In this document: in pieces, positions 63,515 to 64,000 of the stretch
Numbering within the stretch: position 1 is the first letter of the stretch
How the letters are laid out: every line of letters begins with the position of its first letter
Origin: Octopus vulgaris
Taxonomy: Eukaryota
DNA length: 64,000 nt
Reading direction: 5' to 3'
Assembly (NCBI GenBank): GCA_951406725.2
Contig: OX597822.1
Span: 29,264,001-29,328,000, forward strand
Translations under genes and position numbers: made by a program
The notes under the pieces: model-generated
Told to the model about the DNA's origin: nothing
Database searches by the model: none
The model's input: the letters and a program-made list of their open reading frames with translations, nothing else

Positions 63515-63702
63515 ATATAGTAGAAGCAATTGATATGGAAGATAGAATATACTGGAAACTTTATTTATCATAATGGTTGTTTTGATACATCCTGCACAGC
63601 TCTCTATACAAGGTGGTGGTGCAGGATGTGTCAAAATGACTGTTGTGATAAAATAAAGTTTCCAGTAAATTCTTTGTTTCATATGAATTGTTTCTACTAT
63701 AT
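63515..63702. repeat. Long imperfect inverted repeat (about 83-bp arms, 21-bp spacer)
   Basis: tatagtagaagcaatt...acatcctgcac / gtgcaggatgt...aattgtttctactata. Confidence 0.85.
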
Positions 63703-63889
63703 TCAATGTGCACCGTGGAATTCCTAACTTAGATCCAGTGGTGATTGTGCAATTACTGCGATAACATCAGGTAGCCATAAACAATGAATGTGCTTTGCCA
63801 GCATACTACGAGGGATGTACCCAAAACACGGTTTAAATCTAAAGCTTAAATCCAAACTTTAATTATAACTTACATAAACGATGATGTTG

Positions 63890-64000
63890 ATTTGCTTACG
63901 AACCACATGGTTCTGGGTTCAGTTCCACTGCGAGGCACCTTGAGTAAGTGTCTTCTACTATAGCCTTGGGTCGACCAAAGCCATGTGAGTGGATTTAGTA
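63890..64000 (+). mobile_element. SINE family B head (runs off window)
   Basis: aaccacatggttctgggttcagttccactgcgaggcaccttgagtaagtgtc. Confidence 0.8.

Overview
AT-rich, microsatellite-dense animal genomic DNA. The SINE families look like those of Octopus (coleoid cephalopod); this is recognition from memory, not a database result. No host protein-coding exon, rRNA or true tRNA gene is supported. Almost all ORFs in the track are translations of SINEs or of (TA)n/(CA)n/(TAA)n/(CCA)n tracts. The window is a mosaic of: tRNA-derived SINEs (labelled A, B, D, E here; a further interspersed repeat is labelled F); 5'-truncated LINE 3' ends (RTE, CR1-like, R4/Dong); a deleted DD37D Tc1/mariner; mariner-, piggyBac-, hAT- and Merlin-like MITEs; and non-autonomous Helitrons. 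The most notable unexplained signal is a set of at least four unrelated short elements, most in inverted-repeat form, that carry minimal type-I hammerhead ribozyme motifs of the Penelope-like kind. One has an intact catalytic core (57651-57737), one is a two-strand palindrome (38569-38711), and one is fused to a tRNA-like Pol III head (1343-1860). Also notable: one SINE head paired with either a CR1-like or an RTE-derived tail, with both partner LINE ends in the window, and SINE A multimers that share a fixed junction. Repeat boundaries are approximate unless TSDs or TIRs are quoted.
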